A stretch of DNA of 64,000 nucleotides from an uncultured Glaciecola sp. Lineage in GTDB: Bacteria > Pseudomonadota > Gammaproteobacteria > Enterobacterales > Alteromonadaceae. The position numbers and the translations under genes were made by a program. The DNA lies in NCBI GenBank assembly GCA_964621345.1, contig CAZUON010000005.1, positions 349 to 64,348 of the forward strand, in the 5' to 3' direction. Below the pieces are notes generated by a model. That model had not been told where the DNA came from. It saw nothing but the letters and a program-made list of their open reading frames with translations, and did no database searches. Below, one piece after another: positions 39,740 to 47,836 of this stretch (positions within the stretch are counted from its first letter, which is position 1; each line of letters starts with the position of its first letter).

Positions 39740-41967
39740 TGTGCAATCCCCATATTGTAGATGGGTGAATATTGCTCAATGCGAATGTGTTGATGCTTCC
39801 ACTTAAGCTCACAAGGCAGTACAAGCGGCACTTGTCCATGCAACACTTCATTGTTGTAGGTAATAGGATTATTAAACAGGTGTTCGTTTTCGGCGCTACT
39901 CAGTGGTATTAAGCTGGCATGAGTCCCTAAGACGATTTTAGCTAGCACGATATTATTTCTATTTTGCATCGCATCTACTTCGCTTACCAACATAATCGCG
40001 TCGGTATGGGAATCTACTGCCAATACAAAGTGTGATTGAGTTAAGGCTAAAGATGACCGCATCGCGCTCACGTAATCAGGCCAAGCCTTTGCTAAATCGG
40101 TAATATCCAGTGTATGTTGAAGTTGTTTTTGTATCCTTAAATGAAGCAATGTATGACCCGAATCTATATCGACCTTAAGCTTTACTGCGTTTATTTCAGA
40201 GTTGGCACCTAAATAAATATAATCACCGTTGTGCAAAGGCTCTTCCAGAGTTAATAGCGCCTTTGACTGCAAAAAACTACCATTTTTGCTCTGCTGATCT
40301 TGTATGTAAAAGGCGCCATTGTGCATACTTACTCGGCACTGCCCACCAATACGAGAAAGCGCTTTATGATTAATGGGGAACTCAATTGTGTTGTCTGCCA
40401 CACTGAATGACGAATGAGCAAGCGCTGTGCTTGCGCGGCCTATTTCTGCGGCCTTACTCGTACTAACTAAGCAAGTATTGCCCGTTAACAGGTCATTCAA
40501 AATTACCTGATGGTGCGCTTGTGCAAAATCGATATTAATTTTGTGAATTAAGCGCTTAATTGCCTTATGCTGACGCTTCAGCTTTTTTTCTCCAGCACTC
40601 GCTTCTAAGGCTTGATATGCCTGACGTAGAGCCTTAATAGGTTGCTTACGGCGATAGTTATTCATCGCTTTAGCAACTTTATTACGAACCCATTGCTCTT
40701 TATCACTTAAGGCTTTTTGATTTGCCTCTTGCTTTGCGATTTTGTTCATCAGCGTCTTTGCTTGCACTGCATCGCTATTTAAGTTTAGCGCTTTACTGAT
40801 AAATAACTTTGCTGTGGTGTGATCTCCCGCTTCGAAAAACATACTGGCTTGCTTCTCTAAATCATTCGATTCACGCTGTAATCTCTGCCAGTAAGAGCCC
40901 TGGTTGCGCCACTGTGTTTGTAAAAAGAACCAAGGTGCTTTTGCCCTGTTGTAAATATCTAGCCATTGTGTCACCGCTTTTTTTTCTGCAAGCGCTTCAA
41001 GTTGATAATGATATACCTGCCTTTTTATCAATAGAATAACCAAAGCCACTGCAATACATACAAACAGCAAAGTATTAAGTAATGAGGGGGTATATGGGCT
41101 GCCAATACGAGTGACCACAAAGGCCTGCTCTGTTTGCTGATACTCATTTACAACATCAATATTCTGATCTTGGAAAAACCGTAACAGTAAATGATTAAAC
41201 TGCGACTCTGTTAAGCTCGAAGTCACCGCGAATTGCGTTTTAACTGTCGGTAAATAACGTGACCATACACTGGCCTCTTTTTCACTGCTTGTTAACTGCA
41301 GGCTGGTATCTAGCGTTTCTGATAATACAAAGCTTGCAAACGGCGCCACTTCATCAAGAGCAAAGCCTTTAAGCAGCAAAGTAAAATCGTTATGTTTGGG
41401 GCTTTGTTGAAGGCGCAGGCTAATCACCCGCCCCATATCTTTAGACAAACTCTTTACTTGTCTGCCACTGATGTTATTTAAATTGCCGCCTAATACATTT
41501 AAAGTGAATGAGTCGTAAGTTTGAAATGATACTGGGTCAATCAGTGTTGCACCCAAAACATATTCATTTTGTCTTAGTGCTAAATGATAAAATAAAACCA
41601 ATTCGACTTCAGGAGCCTCATTTGCCACTTTTTGTAAAAGCGCTTGCTTGCTTTGCATCGCGCATAAATTTTGCTCACATGTTGCAAATACTCGCTCGGG
41701 GGCAATGGGCGCATACATTGCCCTACGAAGCTCCCCACTAATCCCCTCTCTAATGGCAATAACAAAACTCGAATCTGCAATAACCTGTGTTGAGTTTGAT
41801 AGGTTTATATCATCATGCAAAGGGATATCGGGGATGAGCATTATCTGCCATGTGCTAGCTTCGACACGGCCTAGGGCAGCAAAAAATAAACAAGCCATTA
41901 GGATTATCGCTTGTCTAATTGTTAATGTTTTAGGTATTCTCAACCTTGTTTTAATCGCTATTCTCAC
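39736..41967 (-). CDS. Bitopic membrane protein: periplasmic N-terminal domain, TM, cytoplasmic helical/TPR-like region and C-terminal FHA domain
   Basis: 743 aa. GTG start overlaps the kinase stop by 17 nt. N-terminal signal/anchor IILMACLFFAALGRVEAS. Second TM LLNTLLFVCIAVALVILLI. FHA-like AEIGRAS...ALSRIGGQCRVSMHNGAFYIQDQQSKNGSFL...LHNGDYIYLG. Confidence 0.6.
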   Translation of the reverse strand: MRIAIKTRLRIPKTLTIRQAIILMACLFFAALGRVEASTWQIMLIPDIPLHDDINLSNSTQVIADSSFVIAIREGISGELRRAMYAPIAPERVFATCEQNLCAMQSKQALLQKVANEAPEVELVLFYHLALRQNEYVLGATLIDPVSFQTYDSFTLNVLGGNLNNISGRQVKSLSKDMGRVISLRLQQSPKHNDFTLLLKGFALDEVAPFASFVLSETLDTSLQLTSSEKEASVWSRYLPTVKTQFAVTSSLTESQFNHLLLRFFQDQNIDVVNEYQQTEQAFVVTRIGSPYTPSLLNTLLFVCIAVALVILLIKRQVYHYQLEALAEKKAVTQWLDIYNRAKAPWFFLQTQWRNQGSYWQRLQRESNDLEKQASMFFEAGDHTTAKLFISKALNLNSDAVQAKTLMNKIAKQEANQKALSDKEQWVRNKVAKAMNNYRRKQPIKALRQAYQALEASAGEKKLKRQHKAIKRLIHKINIDFAQAHHQVILNDLLTGNTCLVSTSKAAEIGRASTALAHSSFSVADNTIEFPINHKALSRIGGQCRVSMHNGAFYIQDQQSKNGSFLQSKALLTLEEPLHNGDYIYLGANSEINAVKLKVDIDSGHTLLHLRIQKQLQHTLDITDLAKAWPDYVSAMRSSLALTQSHFVLAVDSHTDAIMLVSEVDAMQNRNNIVLAKIVLGTHASLIPLSSAENEHLFNNPITYNNEVLHGQVPLVLPCELKWKHQHIRIEQYSPIYNMGIAQ

Positions 41968-44458
41968 GCTTAACCAATCTAAACCCTGTGGTAGTTGACC
42001 GCGCCGTTTTTAGCAAACGAACCATAGGTCTTTGTGCTATCTGTTGTTTTTCATCTCGCCATGAACCGCCCACCACCGGTGCTTGGTCACATCTTTGGCG
42101 TTTAAGTTTGACGTCTTGCCAACAGTCTTGCAACCATTCTTGTGCATTACCATAAACGTGATACAAACCACGAGAAGACGGCATAAGGCTATTAACTGCT
42201 ACACTGCTTTGCGCGCCATCAGACGACCCTAAACCCTGACGATGCTGTGCTAAACAATTTTTACAATGAAGGGCGTCTGGCCAATCTGCCACGTTTGGGC
42301 TTTTATATGCAAAATTAAGCCAGGTGGCCATGCTAGGCAGGCTAAATTCGCTTTGCAAGTAATTGTTAATAAAAGGGATAAAGTCTTCTTGAATATCAAA
42401 CCAACTAACATTTACGACCGGGTGCTGCGGATGATTGAGCCGCTTTCGTATATCGCTGGTACTGTTAATTCTTACGCTTCTACATTGCCCCGCATTGACA
42501 CAAGCTTGCCATAGTTGCTGACTGACCTCTGTACTCATTACAAATATTGATGCGGCAGCTTCATCGCTATCGATTGCGCCCTCACTAGAAAAAGACTTAA
42601 TTTTACGAAATTCAATCGGGATGACTTGTTTTGTTTTTACATCAATCACCTCGTATTTTAGCACCTCTGCTTGCGCCGAAAACGTATTATTTTTTGCTAG
42701 AGCAAGCACGTCTTCAGAACTATCGTCCTTAAACTGTGCTGGTGTTGTATCGTTTCTTAAACTTGATATGTAGTCACGGTCGATGACAGTTGTTTGATTT
42801 GGGTAGTCGGCGTCTACTCCCTTTGGCTCGCCAGTGTGCAAAGCATTTTGAACAAGCTTCATTTTCTCGGAGTTTGTACTTGTAATCTCAACACTGTCTC
42901 TATTCTCTTCATAATCGTTGAGTACAAAATACTGTAAGCTCAGAGCAAAGATAATGAGGCAAGCGGTAATGACAGCAATCGTTTTTGTTTTTCCGAAAGC
43001 TGACTTCTTCGCTTTTCCCTCTAGCGCTCCATTTGAATCCACTATTTTAAAATTACGCTCAACACATGCGCAGAGTTGCTCCCGAGTGCCCGCATTTGAA
43101 CTTAGGCCTTGTTCTAAAAAAGTTGCGTATTGAGTTTTGCTCAGCGTGTTATCTTTACCTTGTTGGTAGTGCTTTAATGCTAATGTCCATGCTAAAAATT
43201 CTTTATAATTTGCGAGATTATTCGAATATGCGTTTGGGGCACGAGAATCTGCGCTACTAAGATCATCAAGCGCTTCATCAATGAGGCTTTGCACCACTAA
43301 ACTCGCGCCTTCAATTTTGTTATCTAAAGCGTGTGTTTTTGCCAGCGCTGAAACATCGAACTGGGCAAGGTGGCCATCAAGTTTTAACCGTTCAACAATA
43401 TCGAACTTGAGGTTTTTTAGAGGTTGGCTAAGTGCGCTATTGTGCGAGAATGCTTGGGTAGCCTCTATGTTTGTATCGGCGTTTAGTTGTGAGTCATGTA
43501 GGGATGATTCAGCTTTGTTAGCATGAGTATCTGGTGAGTTCTTTTGATGCAAATACTCGTTATCCGTACTCACCGCTTCAGTGAAGGCCTTAATTAAAGC
43601 ATCTGCACTTGTATAGCGTTGCCTGGAGTCGCGACTCAAACCAGTTTTCAATACCGCTTTTAAAGTGGGCAACTGACACAGTGTTTCATTGCTTTGCAGC
43701 GAATCGCCGGCAGTTTTGTCGGCATTAAGCACCTGCCCACATATTATTTTAAAAGCCAAAGAACAAAGACTATAAATATCGCTGGCAATTGTTAGCTGCA
43801 ATACTCCCTCTGCTTGCTCCGGACTCATATAGGCTGGAGTGCCGCTTCGCTCTGGAACAGGGCCAGTAAATTTCTCACTTTCCAACTCAACTACCGAGGC
43901 ATAATCAATCAACAGCCATGTTTGCTCATCTGTATTTGTAAGGCTGTGCATTAACATAATGTTGTTTGGGCTAATATCTCCATGAATGCGCTTTTGTTTG
44001 TGTAATAAGGTTAAAGGCAAGGCAAGTTGCTTTAAAATATGTGAGCAAAAGCTCATACGTTCAGGGAGCGGCGCATCATAGGATGATAAATATTGCTGAA
44101 GGGTTTGCGCATAATAGGGCGTAACAAAATACGGGAATGGACCAACACGTCCCTCAAAGGTGATGCGATGGTCAAAGCCCTCATCTTGTAGAGCTTTAAT
44201 GTATTGTATTTCGCGCTCTATGCACTTAGTACCCTTTGCAGATTGGGCAATTTTAAGCGCGTAATACGTCTTATCTTTGTCACTTTGAAGCTGATACACA
44301 GCACTGTCTGCGCTCTCATAAAGAGCGCGTAAGATACGATAACCTTCTATGTGAATATTACTGTGCGTCATAACATGCTTGTTAATGATGTGCCGCATTG
44401 CTACATGGCATTGCCATTGCTTTGACACAATATTGCTCGAGTAATAACACTTATGCAA
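41951..44458 (-). CDS. Transmembrane Hanks-type Ser/Thr protein kinase with a C-terminal extracytoplasmic FGE/SUMF1 (formylglycine-generating-enzyme-like) domain
   Basis: Kinase motifs YYALKIA (Lys), REIQYIKAL (Glu), IHGDISPNNIML (catalytic loop, HGD not HRD), LIDYASV (DFG position) and GTPAYMSPEQ. TM IAVITACLIIFALSLQYFVL. FGE motifs HPVVNVSWFD, SLPSMATW, GLYHVYGNAQEWLQDCW, VVGGSWRD and TTGFRLV. The track start is a TTG; ATGs at 44398 or 44371 are alternatives. Confidence 0.85.
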   Translation of the reverse strand: MHKCYYSSNIVSKQWQCHVAMRHIINKHVMTHSNIHIEGYRILRALYESADSAVYQLQSDKDKTYYALKIAQSAKGTKCIEREIQYIKALQDEGFDHRITFEGRVGPFPYFVTPYYAQTLQQYLSSYDAPLPERMSFCSHILKQLALPLTLLHKQKRIHGDISPNNIMLMHSLTNTDEQTWLLIDYASVVELESEKFTGPVPERSGTPAYMSPEQAEGVLQLTIASDIYSLCSLAFKIICGQVLNADKTAGDSLQSNETLCQLPTLKAVLKTGLSRDSRQRYTSADALIKAFTEAVSTDNEYLHQKNSPDTHANKAESSLHDSQLNADTNIEATQAFSHNSALSQPLKNLKFDIVERLKLDGHLAQFDVSALAKTHALDNKIEGASLVVQSLIDEALDDLSSADSRAPNAYSNNLANYKEFLAWTLALKHYQQGKDNTLSKTQYATFLEQGLSSNAGTREQLCACVERNFKIVDSNGALEGKAKKSAFGKTKTIAVITACLIIFALSLQYFVLNDYEENRDSVEITSTNSEKMKLVQNALHTGEPKGVDADYPNQTTVIDRDYISSLRNDTTPAQFKDDSSEDVLALAKNNTFSAQAEVLKYEVIDVKTKQVIPIEFRKIKSFSSEGAIDSDEAAASIFVMSTEVSQQLWQACVNAGQCRSVRINSTSDIRKRLNHPQHPVVNVSWFDIQEDFIPFINNYLQSEFSLPSMATWLNFAYKSPNVADWPDALHCKNCLAQHRQGLGSSDGAQSSVAVNSLMPSSRGLYHVYGNAQEWLQDCWQDVKLKRQRCDQAPVVGGSWRDEKQQIAQRPMVRLLKTARSTTTGFRLVKRENSD

Positions 44459-44516
44459 ATAGCTTGCCTATAAGCATTTGAAACAAATACGCAATTTCAA
44501 TAAGAGGCTTATTGTA

Positions 44517-44930
44517 TTAATCAGGCATATTGAGCAAAAACTTTTGCTCCCACTGCGATACTTTCATTGCTATGGTGTCGGTTGTGCTAGTACCCTCTTT
44601 TGCAGCTTGCTCGCGGGGCAAGTGCTTAGTCGTTGCACCAGCAGTGAAGCGCAATGCATTATGCATTTTCAAAGCCGACAAGGTGTTTTTGTGTTCCAAG
44701 GCTTGATGAGCATTGCTACTTGCCAATGCATATGGCATTTGTTTAATAATTTGCGTACTTTGTCGTTCAGCGCTCTCAAGCGTATCTAGCTCAATCAATA
44801 GTTGCAGTAAAATAATAAAAAGCAAACCCAGCAACAGCATAATAACAAGCGCTACGTAACTTCTTTTTTTTATCCGTTTATTATTGCTAGAACTATTATT
44901 TGTCGAATAACCGTTGGTCGAATTACGCAA
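44517..44930 (-). CDS. Hypothetical single-pass membrane protein (weak call)
   Basis: 137 aa with a TTG start. Asn/Ser-rich N terminus, KRIKKR, then TM YVALVIMLLLGLLFIILLQLLI. Same strand as the cluster, 8 nt after the upstream stop. Confidence 0.35.
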   Translation of the reverse strand: MRNSTNGYSTNNSSSNNKRIKKRSYVALVIMLLLGLLFIILLQLLIELDTLESAERQSTQIIKQMPYALASSNAHQALEHKNTLSALKMHNALRFTAGATTKHLPREQAAKEGTSTTDTIAMKVSQWEQKFLLNMPD

Positions 44931-44938
44931 AATGATAC

Positions 44939-45445
44939 CTACTTTGTTTGCTGTGAGTAAGATTTTGTTTTAAAGGCTTGTTCCCAATTCTGATCCATAG
45001 CGGTAATTTGCACGGCCTTATGGGCAAAGTCTTTGTGAACTTGCATGACCTCAGCAAAAGAGAGGTTTGGTAGTACTGCGACAACGGTTGTTTTATCAGG
45101 ATCGACATTGCTAGGTGAGTGCTCAACTAAGGCAGTATCGTAATAGCTACCCTCATAATAAAAAATAAAGCTTATTTGCTCTTGTACTACTGGGCTTGAA
45201 GATAGCTCTTGTTGCGTTGTTTTTGAAGCTTGTTCTGCCAAACTGAGCCTGTTTTGTGCCTGCATTGCTTGGGTGTTTTGGCTCTGCTCTGTTGTCGCCA
45301 GATCTGATATCTGCTCACCGGTCATTGACAAAAGTGCAAGGATCAATAAAGAAAAAAATGCCATAGACAAACCTAGGGCTACTTCAGTCATTGCTTGCGT
45401 ATTGTTATCACTCGCTGTATTTATAGATTTCATTAGTTGTCTCAT
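44939..45445 (-). CDS. Hypothetical single-pass membrane protein, possibly an ExbD/TolR-like stator partner (first gene of the cluster)
   Basis: 168 aa. QAMTEVALGLSMAFFSLLILALLSM has an acidic residue just before or inside the TM, as in ExbD/TolR/MotB. The C-terminal ISFIFYYEGSYYD...TTVVAVLPNLSFAEVMQVHKDF...VQITAMD loosely resembles the ExbD periplasmic domain pattern. Confidence 0.4.
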   Translation of the reverse strand: MRQLMKSINTASDNNTQAMTEVALGLSMAFFSLLILALLSMTGEQISDLATTEQSQNTQAMQAQNRLSLAEQASKTTQQELSSSPVVQEQISFIFYYEGSYYDTALVEHSPSNVDPDKTTVVAVLPNLSFAEVMQVHKDFAHKAVQITAMDQNWEQAFKTKSYSQQTK

Positions 45446-45531
45446 ATTTATCGATCTTTAGCTTGTGCATAAGGGTATGAAACGATTAGAAAGAATTTTA
45501 TAAAACGACTTATAATAAAAAAGGAAAATCC

Positions 45532-47640
45532 ATGTTAAAAGCAACCCGCCGCGCTAAGGCTTTGTCGCTCGCAATTGTTATGGGCCTAACTGCGCTTAGT
45601 CCGTTTGTTGCAGTGGCAAACGCTGGGAATAATAACGTTTTAGACTACCAAGACGTATTCGATTTAGAAGTAGCAGCTAACCCAGTGTTCAGCGCTGATG
45701 GCAAACATGTTATGTATGAACGCGTGAGCATGGATGTGATGAGCGACAGCCGCCGTACTGATATATGGCAAATTAATCTTGGCTCCGGTGCACACACTCC
45801 CCTTTTTGGTGCTAACGCAGGCTTTAGTAATCCACGTAATGTGACCGTATCGCCCGATGGCAAACGTATTGCCTTTGTCGCTAACGATGAAACCGGCGCG
45901 CAAATATTTACCGCTTACACCAATTCTAGCGTCATTAGCCAAATCACTCATTTGCAGCAATCGCCTAGCAATATCACTTGGTCTCCCGATGGCAAACACA
46001 TTGCATTTAGTATGTTTACACCTACTGCGCAGAAACCCATATTTACCGATATGCCAGCAAAGCCAGACAGCGCCCAATGGGCAGGAACTGCAAGAGTAAT
46101 AGATAAAACACTCTACCGCCGCGATGGTTCTGGTTACGTAAAACATGGCTTTGACCATATTTACGTTGTACCTAGCGACGGCGGTACGCCTCGTCAGTTA
46201 ACACAAGGCGATTTTCATCACAACGGCACGCTCGCTTGGCATCCAGAACAAAACGTCATTTATTTTAGCGCTAATCGTTCAAAGAACTGGGAGCTAGAGC
46301 CCTATGAAGCCAATATTTACAGTGTTGACATAAACGACGGCAGAATTAGCGAAATCACCAACGTAGCGGGTCCTGAAAGTAACCCCATGGTGTCGAAGAA
46401 TGGTGAGCACTTGGTATTTAATTGGGTCAACGACCGCAAGTTGTCTTATCAAGTCAATCAAATTATGTTGCTAGATTTAGAAAACCCTGACGACATTAAC
46501 TCTCTGACCCCAGACCTTGACCGCCAAATTCAAAGCGTAAAATGGCAAGACGATGATTTGGTGTTTAGCTACATCGACGGCGGCGAGACCCTTCTTGCAA
46601 AACTAAGCCTGCGTGGCAAGATGAAAAAGCTAGACCTGAATATTGGCGGACAGTCTGTTGGCCGTCCTTATACCTCAGGAGATTTCGCAACCGCCAATAA
46701 CGGTAGTTTGGTCATCGTTGAGGATAACAGCAATCAACCTGGCGACTTAGTGCTAGTCAAAGGCAAAAAGAAAACCCCGCTAACAAATTTAAATGCAGAC
46801 GTGTTTGACCATATCTCAAGCGCAACTATCGAAACTATTAGTGTGCGCTCTAGTATTGACCAACGCCCTATTGATGCTTGGATTGCCTATCCTCCGGGGT
46901 TTGATAGTTCAAGCAAAAAAAAATATCCACTTATTATAGAAATCCATGGCGGCCCACATGCGGCTTACGGCGATACGTTTTCGATGGAAGTGCAGCTAAT
47001 GGCAGCAAAAGGCTATGCAGTAGTATGGTCTAACCCAAGAGGCTCTTCTTCCTACGGTGAAGATTTTGGTAATACGATTCATCATAATTACCCATCTGAT
47101 GACTATCAAGACCTGATGGATGTAGTAGATGCAACGATTGCTACCGGTAATATAGATAGTGATAACTTGTTTATAACCGGTGGCTCTGGTGGTGGTGTAC
47201 TTACCGCATGGAGTATTGGTAAAACTAAGCGGTTCTCGGCCGCGGTGGTCGCTAAACCGGTAATCAATTGGTTAAGCTTTGCACTGACCGCCGATGCCTA
47301 CCCGTTCTTTACGCAGTATTGGATGCAAGACATGCCGTGGAATATTGCAGATAAACTTTGGGCGCGTTCACCCTTGTCTTTGGTGGGGAATGTCACGACT
47401 CCTACCATGATGCTTACTGGCGAAGCAGATTACCGTACCCCCATGAGTGAAACAGAACAGTATTATCATGCACTACGCTTGCAACAAATACCTTCTGTGA
47501 TGGTAAGAATACCCGGTGCATCCCACGGTATTGCAGCACGTCCTAGCCATCTCATTCAAAAGGTAGGGAATATTGTGAGTTGGTTTGACCGTTATAATAC
47601 ACAAGTGAATTCTGCAGAGCTTTTGTCTATTCAAAAGTAA
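45532..47640 (+). CDS. Secreted S9-family serine peptidase (prolyl oligopeptidase / acylaminoacyl-peptidase type) with N-terminal beta-propeller
   Basis: 702 aa. Signal peptide. WD40-like/TolB-like repeats (SPDGK x4). Catalytic triad context ITGGSGGG (Ser), GEADYRTP (Asp) and GASHGI (His). Confidence 0.9.
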   Translation: MLKATRRAKALSLAIVMGLTALSPFVAVANAGNNNVLDYQDVFDLEVAANPVFSADGKHVMYERVSMDVMSDSRRTDIWQINLGSGAHTPLFGANAGFSNPRNVTVSPDGKRIAFVANDETGAQIFTAYTNSSVISQITHLQQSPSNITWSPDGKHIAFSMFTPTAQKPIFTDMPAKPDSAQWAGTARVIDKTLYRRDGSGYVKHGFDHIYVVPSDGGTPRQLTQGDFHHNGTLAWHPEQNVIYFSANRSKNWELEPYEANIYSVDINDGRISEITNVAGPESNPMVSKNGEHLVFNWVNDRKLSYQVNQIMLLDLENPDDINSLTPDLDRQIQSVKWQDDDLVFSYIDGGETLLAKLSLRGKMKKLDLNIGGQSVGRPYTSGDFATANNGSLVIVEDNSNQPGDLVLVKGKKKTPLTNLNADVFDHISSATIETISVRSSIDQRPIDAWIAYPPGFDSSSKKKYPLIIEIHGGPHAAYGDTFSMEVQLMAAKGYAVVWSNPRGSSSYGEDFGNTIHHNYPSDDYQDLMDVVDATIATGNIDSDNLFITGGSGGGVLTAWSIGKTKRFSAAVVAKPVINWLSFALTADAYPFFTQYWMQDMPWNIADKLWARSPLSLVGNVTTPTMMLTGEADYRTPMSETEQYYHALRLQQIPSVMVRIPGASHGIAARPSHLIQKVGNIVSWFDRYNTQVNSAELLSIQK

Positions 47641-47836
47641 ATAATGTAAAACGATGCTTGACCATGCTCATGGTCAGGCATTTACTCTCCTACAAAAAAT
47701 CGCTCGCTCTGAAGTAACATAATTTTCATATTCCGTAACACTTTTCACACTAATACATATTCTCTTTTAATCATAAGCTTGCTAACTTAGTGAAAAACTA
47801 CGCCATCAATTAATATTCGTTAAGAGGGAAGCTGAC

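Noticed and set aside
41648-41998. 116-aa plus-strand ORF (and those at 41508 and 41580) at the kinase/FHA junction
   Set aside because: It is antisense to the FHA-protein N terminus and has no motifs. The minus-strand genes are supported by overlap coupling and domain content.
39736-44458. Reading the kinase plus FHA pair as a T6SS PpkA/Fha1 threonine-phosphorylation module
   Set aside because: No T6SS core genes (TssA-M, Hcp, VgrG, ClpV) and no PppA phosphatase are in the window. The kinase has an FGE domain rather than the vWA domain of PpkA. The FHA protein architecture also differs from Fha1.
44478-44789. 103-aa plus-strand ORF antisense to the 137-aa minus-strand ORF, and the 67-aa ORF at 44923-45126
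   Set aside because: The minus-strand reading gives a clean TM helix and fits cluster orientation and spacing. The 67-aa ORF overlaps the 168-aa gene out of frame. Neither region is strongly supported, and the 137-aa call itself stays at low confidence.
45664-46158. 164-aa minus-strand ORF inside the S9 peptidase gene (also 45645 and 45857)
   Set aside because: It is antisense to, or out of frame within, a CDS that has clear propeller repeats and a catalytic triad.
46915-46923. A9 homopolymer inside the S9 peptidase CDS (encoding KKK) as a possible phase-variation tract
   Set aside because: It is short for slipped-strand switching, the frame is intact, and lysine runs in AT-rich genomes commonly produce such tracts.
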